64,000 nt of DNA, taken from a virus. Shown piece by piece: positions 49,940 through 59,044 of the stretch. Both the position numbers and the translations under genes were made by a program. The stretch covers positions 1 through 64,000 of the IMG/VR virus record IMGVR_UViG_3300025138_009100. The stretch is one strand, 5' to 3'. How positions within the stretch are numbered: the stretch's first letter is position 1; every line of letters begins with the position of its first letter. The notes beneath the pieces are model-generated. The model had not been told where the DNA came from. It made no database searches and worked only from the letters and a program-made list of their open reading frames with translations.

Positions 49940-50574
49940 ATATTCATTGTCTCCAAGCAATTAGCATACTCTTTGTAGATATGCTTATGTTTATCAAATG
50001 TTTCCTCATCCACAAACCAATCTTCTACAGGTCCGTATTCATTTAGGCATACATTAGCCCATAATAATTTATATCCGTAGTCTGATAAGACCTTTCTGTA
50101 GTAAGTGTGTTCTTTTAATATATTCTTCTTATGTTCTTCTGATCCATCCTGAGTGCATTCCGGTAAAGACTGGAACAGATTATGCTCTAATGTCAATACT
50201 TTGAATTTATATCTGTCAAAATCAAAATCGTTAAACACTTTTAATTGTGCGTCATCTACGTCTATAGACAGATAATCAATTTCTTCTGGGCAATTGTAAT
50301 CATCTAATACTTCATTTATATTTTTTTCTAGAAGGTCTACACACACGCAATCTGCTAATCTTAATTGACTAGTTCTTGACCACCAATTAGTATCATAGTC
50401 AATAGCTATACCTTTCCAGTTTTTAAATGTCTCAAAATAATAGGTATTGCTATAAAAACCCGGAGTGTGGGTGGGGAGACCACCCGTTCCTGCGCCTATG
50501 TCAACAAAAAACCCTTCTGTTTTATTAACAATTTTGTCCACAAATATATCTTGACAAGCTTGCGCATTATACAT
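49936..50574 (-). CDS. FkbM/Methyltransf_21-like methyltransferase
   Basis: QDIFV...GFFVDIGAG...SNTYYFE..WKGIAID...IDYLSIDVD...LTLEHN...EDWFV. Confidence 0.8.
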   Translation of the reverse strand: MYNAQACQDIFVDKIVNKTEGFFVDIGAGTGGLPTHTPGFYSNTYYFETFKNWKGIAIDYDTNWWSRTSQLRLADCVCVDLLEKNINEVLDDYNCPEEIDYLSIDVDDAQLKVFNDFDFDRYKFKVLTLEHNLFQSLPECTQDGSEEHKKNILKEHTYYRKVLSDYGYKLLWANVCLNEYGPVEDWFVDEETFDKHKHIYKEYANCLETMNI

Positions 50575-52261
50575 TAGCCACCTGTTGACTCTGAGATAGC
50601 TGTTGTATCTTTTGCACTCTAGCTTGCTCCCAATGATTTCTTAAATCACACTGCATCTTCATTTGATCGTAAGCAACGTTAAAATTAAAGGGAGTTCTGT
50701 GGTTCTGGCCGTCGAAAGCGGCGGAAGACTCATTAAAATACATACCTCCAGTAGAAGAGGTACTTTGATTGTAAATTAAGTCTCTTGTCATTCTAGATTC
50801 AAAGAAAGTATTTAGCTTACTTTGATCTCCTAATACGTTTGTTATTAGCCATTTTGAGAGATGGGAATGATTTTCATTTCCTTTTATCTCAATTTTTTGA
50901 GCAGATTGATGTAGCTTTGGTTGAGATGCCCAACCCTTCTCGTAAGAAACTGGCTCTGTTTCATCAAAATATTTTTCCCAAACAGAACCGCTCAGATGCC
51001 ACTGGTAATATTCTTCAAACTGTTCTCTTGTATGTTCACCCTTGATATATCTCCATTCGTCTGATTTGCTGAAAAAATTCAAGAAATAGTTAGCAGCTTC
51101 TTGATTGTCTGGGACTGCGCGTAAACATCCAGTTTCTAACTCTTTATATAAAGCCGCTGGCTTGATGGGGTATCCGCCTAACTTCCTTAAAACACTTTCC
51201 ATAGCAGAATAATCTGTTCCGCAGACGGGAACCCCACAAGCCGCAGCTTCTACTTGAGGTAGTCCAAAACCCTCAGAGTTTGCATATTGAGTATATAGGT
51301 CAAAACAATTCATAACCTTTGCTAATTCTTCATAGCTTAATCCGTTCTTTACATTAGACAGCGTAGAACCCCATTTGTCAGTATATGGAGACTGAGCTAT
51401 AGCACCTTTAAAGGTTGATACGAATGATTTTTTTGTTTCTGGGCAGATATATGTAAACAACACGTTAGAAGCTAGTTCGTGTTGATGTAATAATTCTGGA
51501 ATATCCCATCCCAAATCTGGATAAGATGTATGACAGTAGAGATAATATTTTTTATTCTCTGACTTATCTAAGAATAACTTGAACGCTTCAAACAAGTCCG
51601 GGTAAAGCTTACGTCTTTGGTTTCGCATGACCGTTCCGATAACTTTATACTCTGGGTCAATACCCATAGAAAGTTTATGCGCATCTTTATCTTCTACAGG
51701 TTTGTAGGCAGGATGAGCAGAAGGGGGCGAGCTACCTAAATAGTTAATTTTACCTCCAGATTGATCTTCTAAAACACCTCCAGCCCAATCAGAGTATGTT
51801 AAACACGCATCTGCGTTAGCGTAAGTGGCAATCCACTGTCTAGCTTGCGGTCTCGCATCTACTGTTGGCATTATAACCCATTTAAAGTAAGGTCTAAATG
51901 GTGAGCGTTCCGCAAAGTCTAACATCCAGAAGTCACGAATATCACAAACAAAATCTGGTAAGAAATCTAAACACACATGCTCAAAAGCCCATCCACCAAA
52001 CTGATTTGTTGGGTTTGAGTTATAGGTATTGATTTCTTCTTCGGAAGATTTTGGTTCGCACTCTGTGTTAGGAGCTACTCCGTAGTATTTCCAAGGAATA
52101 TTTGCTGCTCTAGGGTCATTCTTTTGACCGTAGGATGCCATCTCAGCAATTTCATACTTGCCAGTGCTGTGCAAATAGTTTAGGATTTCTCTAGTATAGG
52201 TTGCATACCCCGTGTTTAGAAAGGTAGCTTCGCTGCAAAACAAAATTCTTTTCTTTCTCAT
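50567..52261 (-). CDS. GT4 glycosyltransferase (564 aa)
   Basis: TGYA, VMRNQRRKLYP, LYCHT..PDLGWDIP, SEGFGLPQVEAAACGVPV. Confidence 0.88.
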   Translation of the reverse strand: MRKKRILFCSEATFLNTGYATYTREILNYLHSTGKYEIAEMASYGQKNDPRAANIPWKYYGVAPNTECEPKSSEEEINTYNSNPTNQFGGWAFEHVCLDFLPDFVCDIRDFWMLDFAERSPFRPYFKWVIMPTVDARPQARQWIATYANADACLTYSDWAGGVLEDQSGGKINYLGSSPPSAHPAYKPVEDKDAHKLSMGIDPEYKVIGTVMRNQRRKLYPDLFEAFKLFLDKSENKKYYLYCHTSYPDLGWDIPELLHQHELASNVLFTYICPETKKSFVSTFKGAIAQSPYTDKWGSTLSNVKNGLSYEELAKVMNCFDLYTQYANSEGFGLPQVEAAACGVPVCGTDYSAMESVLRKLGGYPIKPAALYKELETGCLRAVPDNQEAANYFLNFFSKSDEWRYIKGEHTREQFEEYYQWHLSGSVWEKYFDETEPVSYEKGWASQPKLHQSAQKIEIKGNENHSHLSKWLITNVLGDQSKLNTFFESRMTRDLIYNQSTSSTGGMYFNESSAAFDGQNHRTPFNFNVAYDQMKMQCDLRNHWEQARVQKIQQLSQSQQVANV

Positions 52262-52262
52262 C

Positions 52263-52583
52263 TTATTCCTTATCTAAACACCCAAAGTCAAATTCGTTAA
52301 TTCTAAATAGAACATCGTCTCTAGCGTCTGTTTTCATGAAGCCGTTTCTAGCCGAAGCGTAGACGGTCATTTTAGTTCCCTTCTTTCCTAGTTTAGCGAT
52401 TGTTTCAGCGCCGCTAGCCCAAGCTTGTAGGGTGATAGTCGTTGGAACCTTTTTCTTTTCTCCACGCTTGTTCTTTCGGTATTCGTAAGTTACCATTTTT
52501 ACGGTACAACAAGCTGGCCCATCTTCATCGCTATCTATCTGTGGGTCATGAAGTAGATACCCAGTAAAAGTGCAATTATTCAT
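52263..52583 (-). CDS. Single-stranded DNA-binding protein (short OB fold)
   Basis: MNNCTFTGYL..DP...AWASGAETIAKLGKKG; no long acidic tail. Confidence 0.7.
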   Translation of the reverse strand: MNNCTFTGYLLHDPQIDSDEDGPACCTVKMVTYEYRKNKRGEKKKVPTTITLQAWASGAETIAKLGKKGTKMTVYASARNGFMKTDARDDVLFRINEFDFGCLDKE

Positions 52584-52614
52584 AAATTTCTCCTGTCAAA
52601 CTGTCTTACTTAAT

Positions 52615-52643
52615 ATTATAGTATATAAGAGTAAAAAAGTCAA
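52615..52643 (-). promoter_or_regulatory. Sigma70-type promoter upstream of the SSB gene and glycan cluster
   Basis: Minus strand TTGACT-17 nt-TATAAT, followed by AGGAGA. Confidence 0.75.
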
Positions 52644-54206
52644 TTATATTTCATGTATTTTATTAATAATAAACGAACCGTCTTTTTCTACCTCTCCGCA
52701 GAATAATAAATTAAGACCTTCGTCTAATATGTATTTAGTTTTCTCTGTAGTTTCTGGGAAAACTACCACGTTATCAATAGAACATGTTTCATCTTCTAGT
52801 GTTAAAAAACACATGTCCTTACCCTTACTCTTTCCTTTCTTGCATTGATATTTTTGCAGCCTACTGACGTTTGCTACTATGCAGATATCTTTACCGTGTT
52901 TTCCATTTAGTATTTCTTTGCAGCTAGTATTAGAGTGAGATGTGTCAGCCGCTTCTACTTTAGAAAGAGAAATGGGACACCCTAGAAACTTCTTCTCTTG
53001 TTCTACAATCCACTCTGGGTCGTCAGACAGCTCATAAGGAGGATTCTTTATAAAGAATGTCTCATTCTCAATAATCTGTTTTCTGTCTACCTTAGATGTT
53101 CCTCCACCCTCTTTCTTTGTCGGCGCTAAAGATTTAAAAGCATCGTGTAAACTTGTCCATTTTCTTACGGGATAATTAACCGTTATCCATTTTAACTCTG
53201 CTTTTGTAAGATTCCTAAATATAAGGTACTCGTATAGCGCTTTGTTTCTCGTTACACCTGTAGACTTGGTGGAAAAGAATCCAACGGAACATAGAGCCTT
53301 AAAAGCTGTAGCGTTAATCTTAGGAGACAAGTAAATAAGAATGTCCAGCCAAGTTAATTGCTTTGGTTTCTTCTTTGTTTCTTGGCATCCTTCTGCTATT
53401 GCTGTAACAGTTTTCTCTCCGTTAACACCTGTTAAGGATTTAATATCTTTAAGTCCAAAGTAGACATTCTTCTTGTAAACACCGAACTCCTTGCTAAACA
53501 AACTTATGTTGGGTATCTTTACTTCTATATCAAATAACTTTGCTTCTGAGACAAGTTCGTATATTTCTTGATGTGGGTCTTGCTTCTCATTCGCATAGGT
53601 TAGGTATGACAGGAAGAACTCTTTAGTGTGGTTAGCTTTATACCAAGCGCTCTTATAAGAGTTATCTGCATAGCAGATAGCGTGAGATTTATTGAAAGAA
53701 TATCTAGAAGACTTTTCAATCCAACCAAAGATTTCCTCGGCAGTCTCTACGTTTACAGTTCCTTGTTTCACACAACCCTCTAGGAAGTCTTTTCTTACTT
53801 TAGCCATAAGGTCTGCTTTTTTCTTTCCAATCGCTTTACGTAGCACGTCTGCTTCTTTTAAGTTAAAACCGCCAAGCTCTTGGGCGATTCTCATGGATTG
53901 CTCTTGATAGATCAATACACCTTTGGTAGATTTTAATACCTCTGTTAGTGATTCATGTAAATACTTAATCACATCTAGTCCGCTTTTTCTATCAACGTAG
54001 TGCTGAGTCATAGACTTACCATCTGTTATCGCTTTTAGCGATCCCGGTCTAATCAAAGCAATCAAGGCTCCAAGTTCTTCAAGGTTAGTAGGTTGTAGTC
54101 TTTTGGACCAAGCGCGACCAAGATTGCTTTCTAACTGAAAGACACCTTTAGTTCTACCTTCTTTAAAAAGATCCCAAGTCTTTTCATCATTATAATCAAA
54201 GATCAA
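52644..54206 (-). CDS. dnaE: DNA polymerase III alpha, C-terminal polypeptide (fingers, HhH, OB)
   Basis: TKGVFQLES, ALIRPG, GVLIYQEQ, LRKAIGKK, YSFNKSHA, MCFLTLEDET; TTG start with GAGGT SD. Confidence 0.88.
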   Translation of the reverse strand: MIFDYNDEKTWDLFKEGRTKGVFQLESNLGRAWSKRLQPTNLEELGALIALIRPGSLKAITDGKSMTQHYVDRKSGLDVIKYLHESLTEVLKSTKGVLIYQEQSMRIAQELGGFNLKEADVLRKAIGKKKADLMAKVRKDFLEGCVKQGTVNVETAEEIFGWIEKSSRYSFNKSHAICYADNSYKSAWYKANHTKEFFLSYLTYANEKQDPHQEIYELVSEAKLFDIEVKIPNISLFSKEFGVYKKNVYFGLKDIKSLTGVNGEKTVTAIAEGCQETKKKPKQLTWLDILIYLSPKINATAFKALCSVGFFSTKSTGVTRNKALYEYLIFRNLTKAELKWITVNYPVRKWTSLHDAFKSLAPTKKEGGGTSKVDRKQIIENETFFIKNPPYELSDDPEWIVEQEKKFLGCPISLSKVEAADTSHSNTSCKEILNGKHGKDICIVANVSRLQKYQCKKGKSKGKDMCFLTLEDETCSIDNVVVFPETTEKTKYILDEGLNLLFCGEVEKDGSFIINKIHEI

Positions 54207-54576
54207 TTTGTTTTACCTCATTCTTCAAATTAAATTTCAACTCTTCGTAACTCATTCCATACATAGGTTTTTTAGGTATGGGTCTTTTATTGTGAGTTTG
54301 TTCCATGTGACAATTATGACAGAGTATTCTGCATTTCAATATTTCATCTAGTAGTACGTCGTTAGAATACTTTTTACCATAGAGCATAAACATTCCACCC
54401 GCATGGTTCCTTTTAGAGCAACCGTTCTTTGTCATTTCATGTTTATCATTAGTGTTCAAATGATCAAAACAAAGCGCTGATGGATGTTTATCATATCCGC
54501 AAATAGAACAACCATGAGACATTTTAAAAAGATTAATCCAATATCTTCTATGTTCTATGGTCTCTTTATTGTTCAT
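54196..54576 (-). CDS. HNH endonuclease (free-standing, homing-like)
   Basis: GCSICGY...LCFDH...EILKCRILCHNCH. Confidence 0.8.
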   Translation of the reverse strand: MNNKETIEHRRYWINLFKMSHGCSICGYDKHPSALCFDHLNTNDKHEMTKNGCSKRNHAGGMFMLYGKKYSNDVLLDEILKCRILCHNCHMEQTHNKRPIPKKPMYGMSYEELKFNLKNEVKQIDL

Positions 54577-55250
54577 AGGTAAGTATTTCCATCTGCAAAT
54601 GCTTTTTCAAGTTTTAGGTTTCTGTAAACAGCACGATGTGTCTTCATAAACTTAATCATTAGATTAGCCGTATCCTTAACGTCCTGTAGAGCATCGTGAG
54701 CATTCTCTGTTGACATGCCCATTCTGTCTCTAATCGCGTCCATACTCCTAGATTTTACACTAGGATCTCCCTCTGTCCACATATAATAGTTGTCCATCAT
54801 GTCGATTTTATGAATTTGATGAAACAACTTCTGTCTTTGTCTCTGGTCGTCCCAAGGTCCATGTTCTTTACAAAGCCTATCTACAATAATCATATCGTAT
54901 CCCAGAATATTATATCCCGCAGCAATAGGAGCGAAAAACGAAGTCCCCTTCCAGTTGTACTTGTCCACGAAAGCGCAGAACTTTTTCCACACAACTTTTG
55001 GCTTGGGTGCTTTTGCTATTTCTTCTCTAGTTTGCCCCGTCACTTTAAGCGCACCTTCTTCTATTGGACCCAGTCCTTTTTTAATAGCTTTATCGTCGTC
55101 CGTTTCAGCCCAGATTTTACTATTAAACTCACCCTTGAGTCTAAAATTTCTTCCGTCCAAAGCTATCGCTGCCAACTGAGTTGGTTGACATGTAACTGGA
55201 TTTCTACCACCTGTCTCAAAGTCAAAAACAATTATATCACGGTTCGACAT
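54573..55250 (-). CDS. DEDDh 3'-5' exonuclease (DnaQ/epsilon-like)
   Basis: VFDFETGG, AGYNILGYD, HDALQDV. Confidence 0.88.
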   Translation of the reverse strand: MSNRDIIVFDFETGGRNPVTCQPTQLAAIALDGRNFRLKGEFNSKIWAETDDDKAIKKGLGPIEEGALKVTGQTREEIAKAPKPKVVWKKFCAFVDKYNWKGTSFFAPIAAGYNILGYDMIIVDRLCKEHGPWDDQRQRQKLFHQIHKIDMMDNYYMWTEGDPSVKSRSMDAIRDRMGMSTENAHDALQDVKDTANLMIKFMKTHRAVYRNLKLEKAFADGNTYL

Positions 55251-56904
55251 TATTTTCCTTCATTTTTACGGAATCTGGATTGGCTACAATGTAGTCAATA
55301 TACATAAGTTTATCTAGCAGATTAATTGCTAAAACGTCAAACTTAACGTGACCAAGTGCCTCTAAGTCTGCCATCTCTAACCCTGCTATCTTTTCACTAC
55401 CACTTTTAGGGTTTACCATCGGACAAACTTCTGACAGTCTGTTAGCTGATATAACAACGCCAGCAGCATGTTTACCCTGCGTCTTTAGTGTCCCTTCAAT
55501 CTTAATTGCTTGTTCAAAATATTCTGCATAATCACCTTCAAGATAACCTTTCTCGTTTATGTGACAATAATCATATAGGTCTTGCTCGTTGTTTTGTAAT
55601 GCCCACCTAATAATAGACCTGTCTTCTTCGTCCATTTGAGAAAGTTGATCAGAAATAGCAGCTTCATCTGGGATGTATCTAGTAATCTCATTCATCACAC
55701 TGAATCCACAAGCTTCGTTTACACGTAAGATTTCTTTAATTGCACTGCGTCCCTGTAGCTTACCAAATGTCACCATCTGACTAACGTTACCGTGACCGTA
55801 TTTGTCTTTAATATACGATATGATCTCGTCTCTTTTCTTTCCCGGAATATCTATGTCGATATCAGGAAGAGATATGTTATCCTTGGTGTTTCTACCACTA
55901 TTATAGAAGCGTTCAAACAATAAGTCAAACTCAATCGGGTCAATTTGTGTAATTCCAATCAGATAAGATATCAAACATCCAGCAGCGGAGCCACGACCCG
56001 GACCTACCATCCATCCTTGACCTACCGCATAATTGATAATATCACGAACAATAAGAAAGTAACCAAACAAATCTGCTTCTTCAATAACTTCAAATTCTTT
56101 TCTGAATCTGTCTCCATATTTTTTTCTACCTTCTTCGTCTGTAATCTTGTCCGCCAATATTTCTTTCCATCCTTTTCTAGCCAGCGTCCTTAGATAATCT
56201 TTTTCTGACTCTCCGCTAGGAGTGTCGAATTTAGGAAGAACTGGTTTGCTCAGGATATTGTAGCTTTCGCATTGATTGTATATGTCATCAAGACTTTGCA
56301 ATCCTAAAGGATCTTCTATCATAACTTCTGTTGCTCCAGTTTGATCTGGAACATAAAAGTGAGAAAAGTCAAAGAACTTCTTATTTGGGAAGTCTTCTCC
56401 CTTCTGGTATTTTCTTCGTATCTTAGGAAGAGTAGTCTTCATTTCAGAGCAAAGCAAGATCCTGTGAAGATTGGAGTCTTCTGAATCTGTGTAATGCAAG
56501 TCTTGGAAGCATCTGCTTTTTTTAATCCAACCGTTTCTAATTGGGGAATCAGCGGCAGAGTTCGCTAGAACAATCAAGTCGCCTTTGTTGCAGATCTTAG
56601 ACAGGTCGCTACTATTGTAGTCTCCGTCTTCATTTAACAAAGATACAATTTTAATAAGATCGAACCAGCCGTCTTTGTTCTTTGCAAATAGGGTAAAATT
56701 ATCAAACGAACAGCCTATAATTGGCTTTATGTCATTTGCTATACAAGCTTGATAGAAAGCTACAGCGCCAGAGATAGTTTTATAGTCAGCAATACCGCAG
56801 GCGCGAAAACCATTTTTTTTACATTTCTTTGCAAGTGGTTTAGGTTTAGAAAAACCTTTAAGCAAAGAGTAATGCGTGTAATTACAAAGTGGGAACCAAG
56901 TCAT
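55237..56904 (-). CDS. dnaE: DNA polymerase III alpha, N-terminal polypeptide (degenerate PHP, palm, thumb)
   Basis: THYSLLKG, GYFLIV, GPGRGSAAGCL, LLFERF, PDIDID, GKHAAGVVI, VKFDVL; stops about 30 residues later. Confidence 0.9.
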   Translation of the reverse strand: MTWFPLCNYTHYSLLKGFSKPKPLAKKCKKNGFRACGIADYKTISGAVAFYQACIANDIKPIIGCSFDNFTLFAKNKDGWFDLIKIVSLLNEDGDYNSSDLSKICNKGDLIVLANSAADSPIRNGWIKKSRCFQDLHYTDSEDSNLHRILLCSEMKTTLPKIRRKYQKGEDFPNKKFFDFSHFYVPDQTGATEVMIEDPLGLQSLDDIYNQCESYNILSKPVLPKFDTPSGESEKDYLRTLARKGWKEILADKITDEEGRKKYGDRFRKEFEVIEEADLFGYFLIVRDIINYAVGQGWMVGPGRGSAAGCLISYLIGITQIDPIEFDLLFERFYNSGRNTKDNISLPDIDIDIPGKKRDEIISYIKDKYGHGNVSQMVTFGKLQGRSAIKEILRVNEACGFSVMNEITRYIPDEAAISDQLSQMDEEDRSIIRWALQNNEQDLYDYCHINEKGYLEGDYAEYFEQAIKIEGTLKTQGKHAAGVVISANRLSEVCPMVNPKSGSEKIAGLEMADLEALGHVKFDVLAINLLDKLMYIDYIVANPDSVKMKENNVEP

Positions 56905-56935
56905 TCAATTTCCTTTCAATTATGGGGTTCTAGTT

Positions 56936-56964
56936 ATTATAGAGGAATAATCAACTTTTGTCAA
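56936..56964 (-). promoter_or_regulatory. Perfect sigma70 consensus promoter upstream of dnaE-N
   Basis: Minus strand TTGACA-17 nt-TATAAT, followed by AAAGGA. Confidence 0.85.
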
Positions 56965-58079
56965 CCATCTTCTTTCCTTTCTGTGAAATAACTTAGAATA
57001 TCTTTCTCAATTCCGGGTTTTGTTCCTGATAGTTCTAATATCCCGTCTTTATTTACAAATGTATCTGTGTCTGGATGAAAGTTATATTTACCTAATACTT
57101 GATGTCTCGTTGTATACTGTCTATTCTTAGGGTCTCCATGCCATAAGTGGTAGCATTTCCCACTCGTAAAGCCAATGTTTAACTTCATGTTGGATATTTT
57201 ATCTAGGTAACACATTAAAGAATCTTGAACATCTAAAGAGTAAACATCTAATTGATCTTGCATGGGTTTTGATATATTTTTTGTTCCATAAAAACCATAC
57301 GCCAGCCACTCATCCCCACTGCCTATAACAATACTTGGGACTGGAAATATGTTCTTTAAAGTTTCTACGCGACCCATCCAGCCACCTCCGGGGCAGCCAT
57401 GAGCATTTCTAGACTGAAATTTAACGTTTAAGTTTTTCATCTTTTTAGATCTACCTACAGATCTATGAGAAACAATAGCCTTTTGATCCAAGTAAACAAC
57501 TTCTTCAAAAAGTTGTACTAAATCATTTCCCGATTCTAACTTTTGTACAGATTCTATTAGCCAGTTCTGGTTGCTAAACGGTAAGTCATGGTCTATCCAA
57601 GCAAAATATTTTTTATTGGTACTTATATTATAAAAAGCTAGATTTAAAAGCGATTCTTTTTGCCACAAGCAATGCTTTTCTAGAGACCCTCTGATTAGTA
57701 TAGAGTTTTTTATCTCTCTATCTCTATCGTCAAATACAATTTCGTAACATTTTACATATTTACCTAGATTACCTAAAGACTCTATCCACTCTGCGTAGGT
57801 TTCTTGTAGTCTTTTTGAGCCAGAAGTATTAAAGTGAAAAGTTACAATTTCTACTTCTTCAATGTTCTTTGGTATCCTGTATATAGCAGGAAGATGATAA
57901 GATTTTTTTACAAGATCAATATACCTTGTCTGTAAATCATTACCATTGTTACTAGCTTCGTATCTTTGTCTTTTCTGAGTATTAGTTTTTTTACACCACT
58001 CATGATTTTTAGCATCCATACTACGACAAAAAACGGGACAAAATCCCGCTTTTTCGCATTGACATTTTGATAAATCCAA
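56961..58079 (-). CDS. Glycosyltransferase-like (GT-A) protein with a Cys-rich N-terminal module
   Basis: CQCEKAGFCPVFC...WC; LWQKESLLN, AWIDHD, GCPGGGW, GSGD, HLWHG..KNRQY..R. Confidence 0.6.
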   Translation of the reverse strand: MDLSKCQCEKAGFCPVFCRSMDAKNHEWCKKTNTQKRQRYEASNNGNDLQTRYIDLVKKSYHLPAIYRIPKNIEEVEIVTFHFNTSGSKRLQETYAEWIESLGNLGKYVKCYEIVFDDRDREIKNSILIRGSLEKHCLWQKESLLNLAFYNISTNKKYFAWIDHDLPFSNQNWLIESVQKLESGNDLVQLFEEVVYLDQKAIVSHRSVGRSKKMKNLNVKFQSRNAHGCPGGGWMGRVETLKNIFPVPSIVIGSGDEWLAYGFYGTKNISKPMQDQLDVYSLDVQDSLMCYLDKISNMKLNIGFTSGKCYHLWHGDPKNRQYTTRHQVLGKYNFHPDTDTFVNKDGILELSGTKPGIEKDILSYFTERKEDG

Positions 58080-58080
58080 T

Positions 58081-58371
58081 TCACTTCCCTAGAAAAAATC
58101 CTACAAACGCTCCAAACCCCAAAGAAACAAAACAAGATAATATATACCCTGAAGTTCCGCAGCATAATCTTAATGTATACTTAGGTATATCTTCTTTATT
58201 TTGTTTTGCTCTTTCTGCACATCTTAACAAATCTGTATCGGAAAGTAATAGATTTGTTAAGATGTCGTCAGCGTCTTCTATAACTATCATGTTATAGCTT
58301 CTGTTTGCTGCCTTGTGCCTATCCTTGTTTATAACGGGATAGATTTTAGTGGGTGTTACTCCGTGAATCAT
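58081..58371 (-). CDS. Small protein with a C-terminal transmembrane helix
   Basis: Hydrophobic YILSCFVSLGFGAFVGFFLG; SD GGAGA upstream. Confidence 0.55.
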   Translation of the reverse strand: MIHGVTPTKIYPVINKDRHKAANRSYNMIVIEDADDILTNLLLSDTDLLRCAERAKQNKEDIPKYTLRLCCGTSGYILSCFVSLGFGAFVGFFLGK

Positions 58372-58380
58372 AATAATCTC

Positions 58381-59043
58381 CTACCATGCTCTACAGGACC
58401 AGTAACGTGCTTTCCAGCGAGGACCGGGACTAGAACACTTGTGTCTTGCCCTAAACGACTTGCGGTTCTTGGGTTGGTCTTTTTTAATGCTCATGTTTGG
58501 ATCACCAAACCTGACTATAACTACTTTGCCAGATCCGTTTTTCACATAGACGGCACTTTTCTTCGGTCCTTTTGGGGTTCTAAAAGGTTTACCAAGCTGA
58601 ACCTTGCGACCTTGATATTCTGCTGACTCTGTATAATCAAGTTCTGCCTTAACAGGAACGAGCGCTCTGCCGTCTTTTGTATAAATACCTTTACGGTCAT
58701 ACTCATATACTTGACCTGTTTTGGGATCTTTGTACTTATATTTAGACTGAGCCTTCTTCCAAGACTCTGGATCTGGACGATCCTTATCTCCTTTTTTGGC
58801 GGGTTTATATTTCTTACCTTCACGATCTTTCTTTTTGCGTATGTTGTCCCAGAGACCCGGACGATCTGCTGCCCAGTTCCATTCTTCCTCCGGTTCTCCT
58901 AAGTCTTCATACTCTGCTTCGGAGGGGACGTAAAAATTCTCTTCTGTAATCTCTTCCGTCCAGCCGTGTTCATCCATATCAAAACCTAAGTTTTTATTAT
59001 AGTGAATATTTTGATCCATATCGTTAATGTAATCTTTAGACAT
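58381..59043 (-). CDS. Conserved basic phage protein (DUF6321-like C-terminus)
   Basis: GRKVQLGKP...KKSAVYV...VRFGDPNM...KSFRARHKC...ARYWSC. Confidence 0.65.
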   Translation of the reverse strand: MSKDYINDMDQNIHYNKNLGFDMDEHGWTEEITEENFYVPSEAEYEDLGEPEEEWNWAADRPGLWDNIRKKKDREGKKYKPAKKGDKDRPDPESWKKAQSKYKYKDPKTGQVYEYDRKGIYTKDGRALVPVKAELDYTESAEYQGRKVQLGKPFRTPKGPKKSAVYVKNGSGKVVIVRFGDPNMSIKKDQPKNRKSFRARHKCSSPGPRWKARYWSCRAW

Positions 59044-59044
59044 T

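Noticed and set aside
30722-52261. Captured bacterial LPS/capsule locus or host contamination
   Set aside because: No wzx, wzy, ABC or initiating transferase genes; the cluster is coupled to phage replication genes on both sides.
54196-55250. Group I intron or split intein interrupting dnaE
   Set aside because: The ORFs overlap with no non-coding space for a ribozyme, and neither half has intein motifs.
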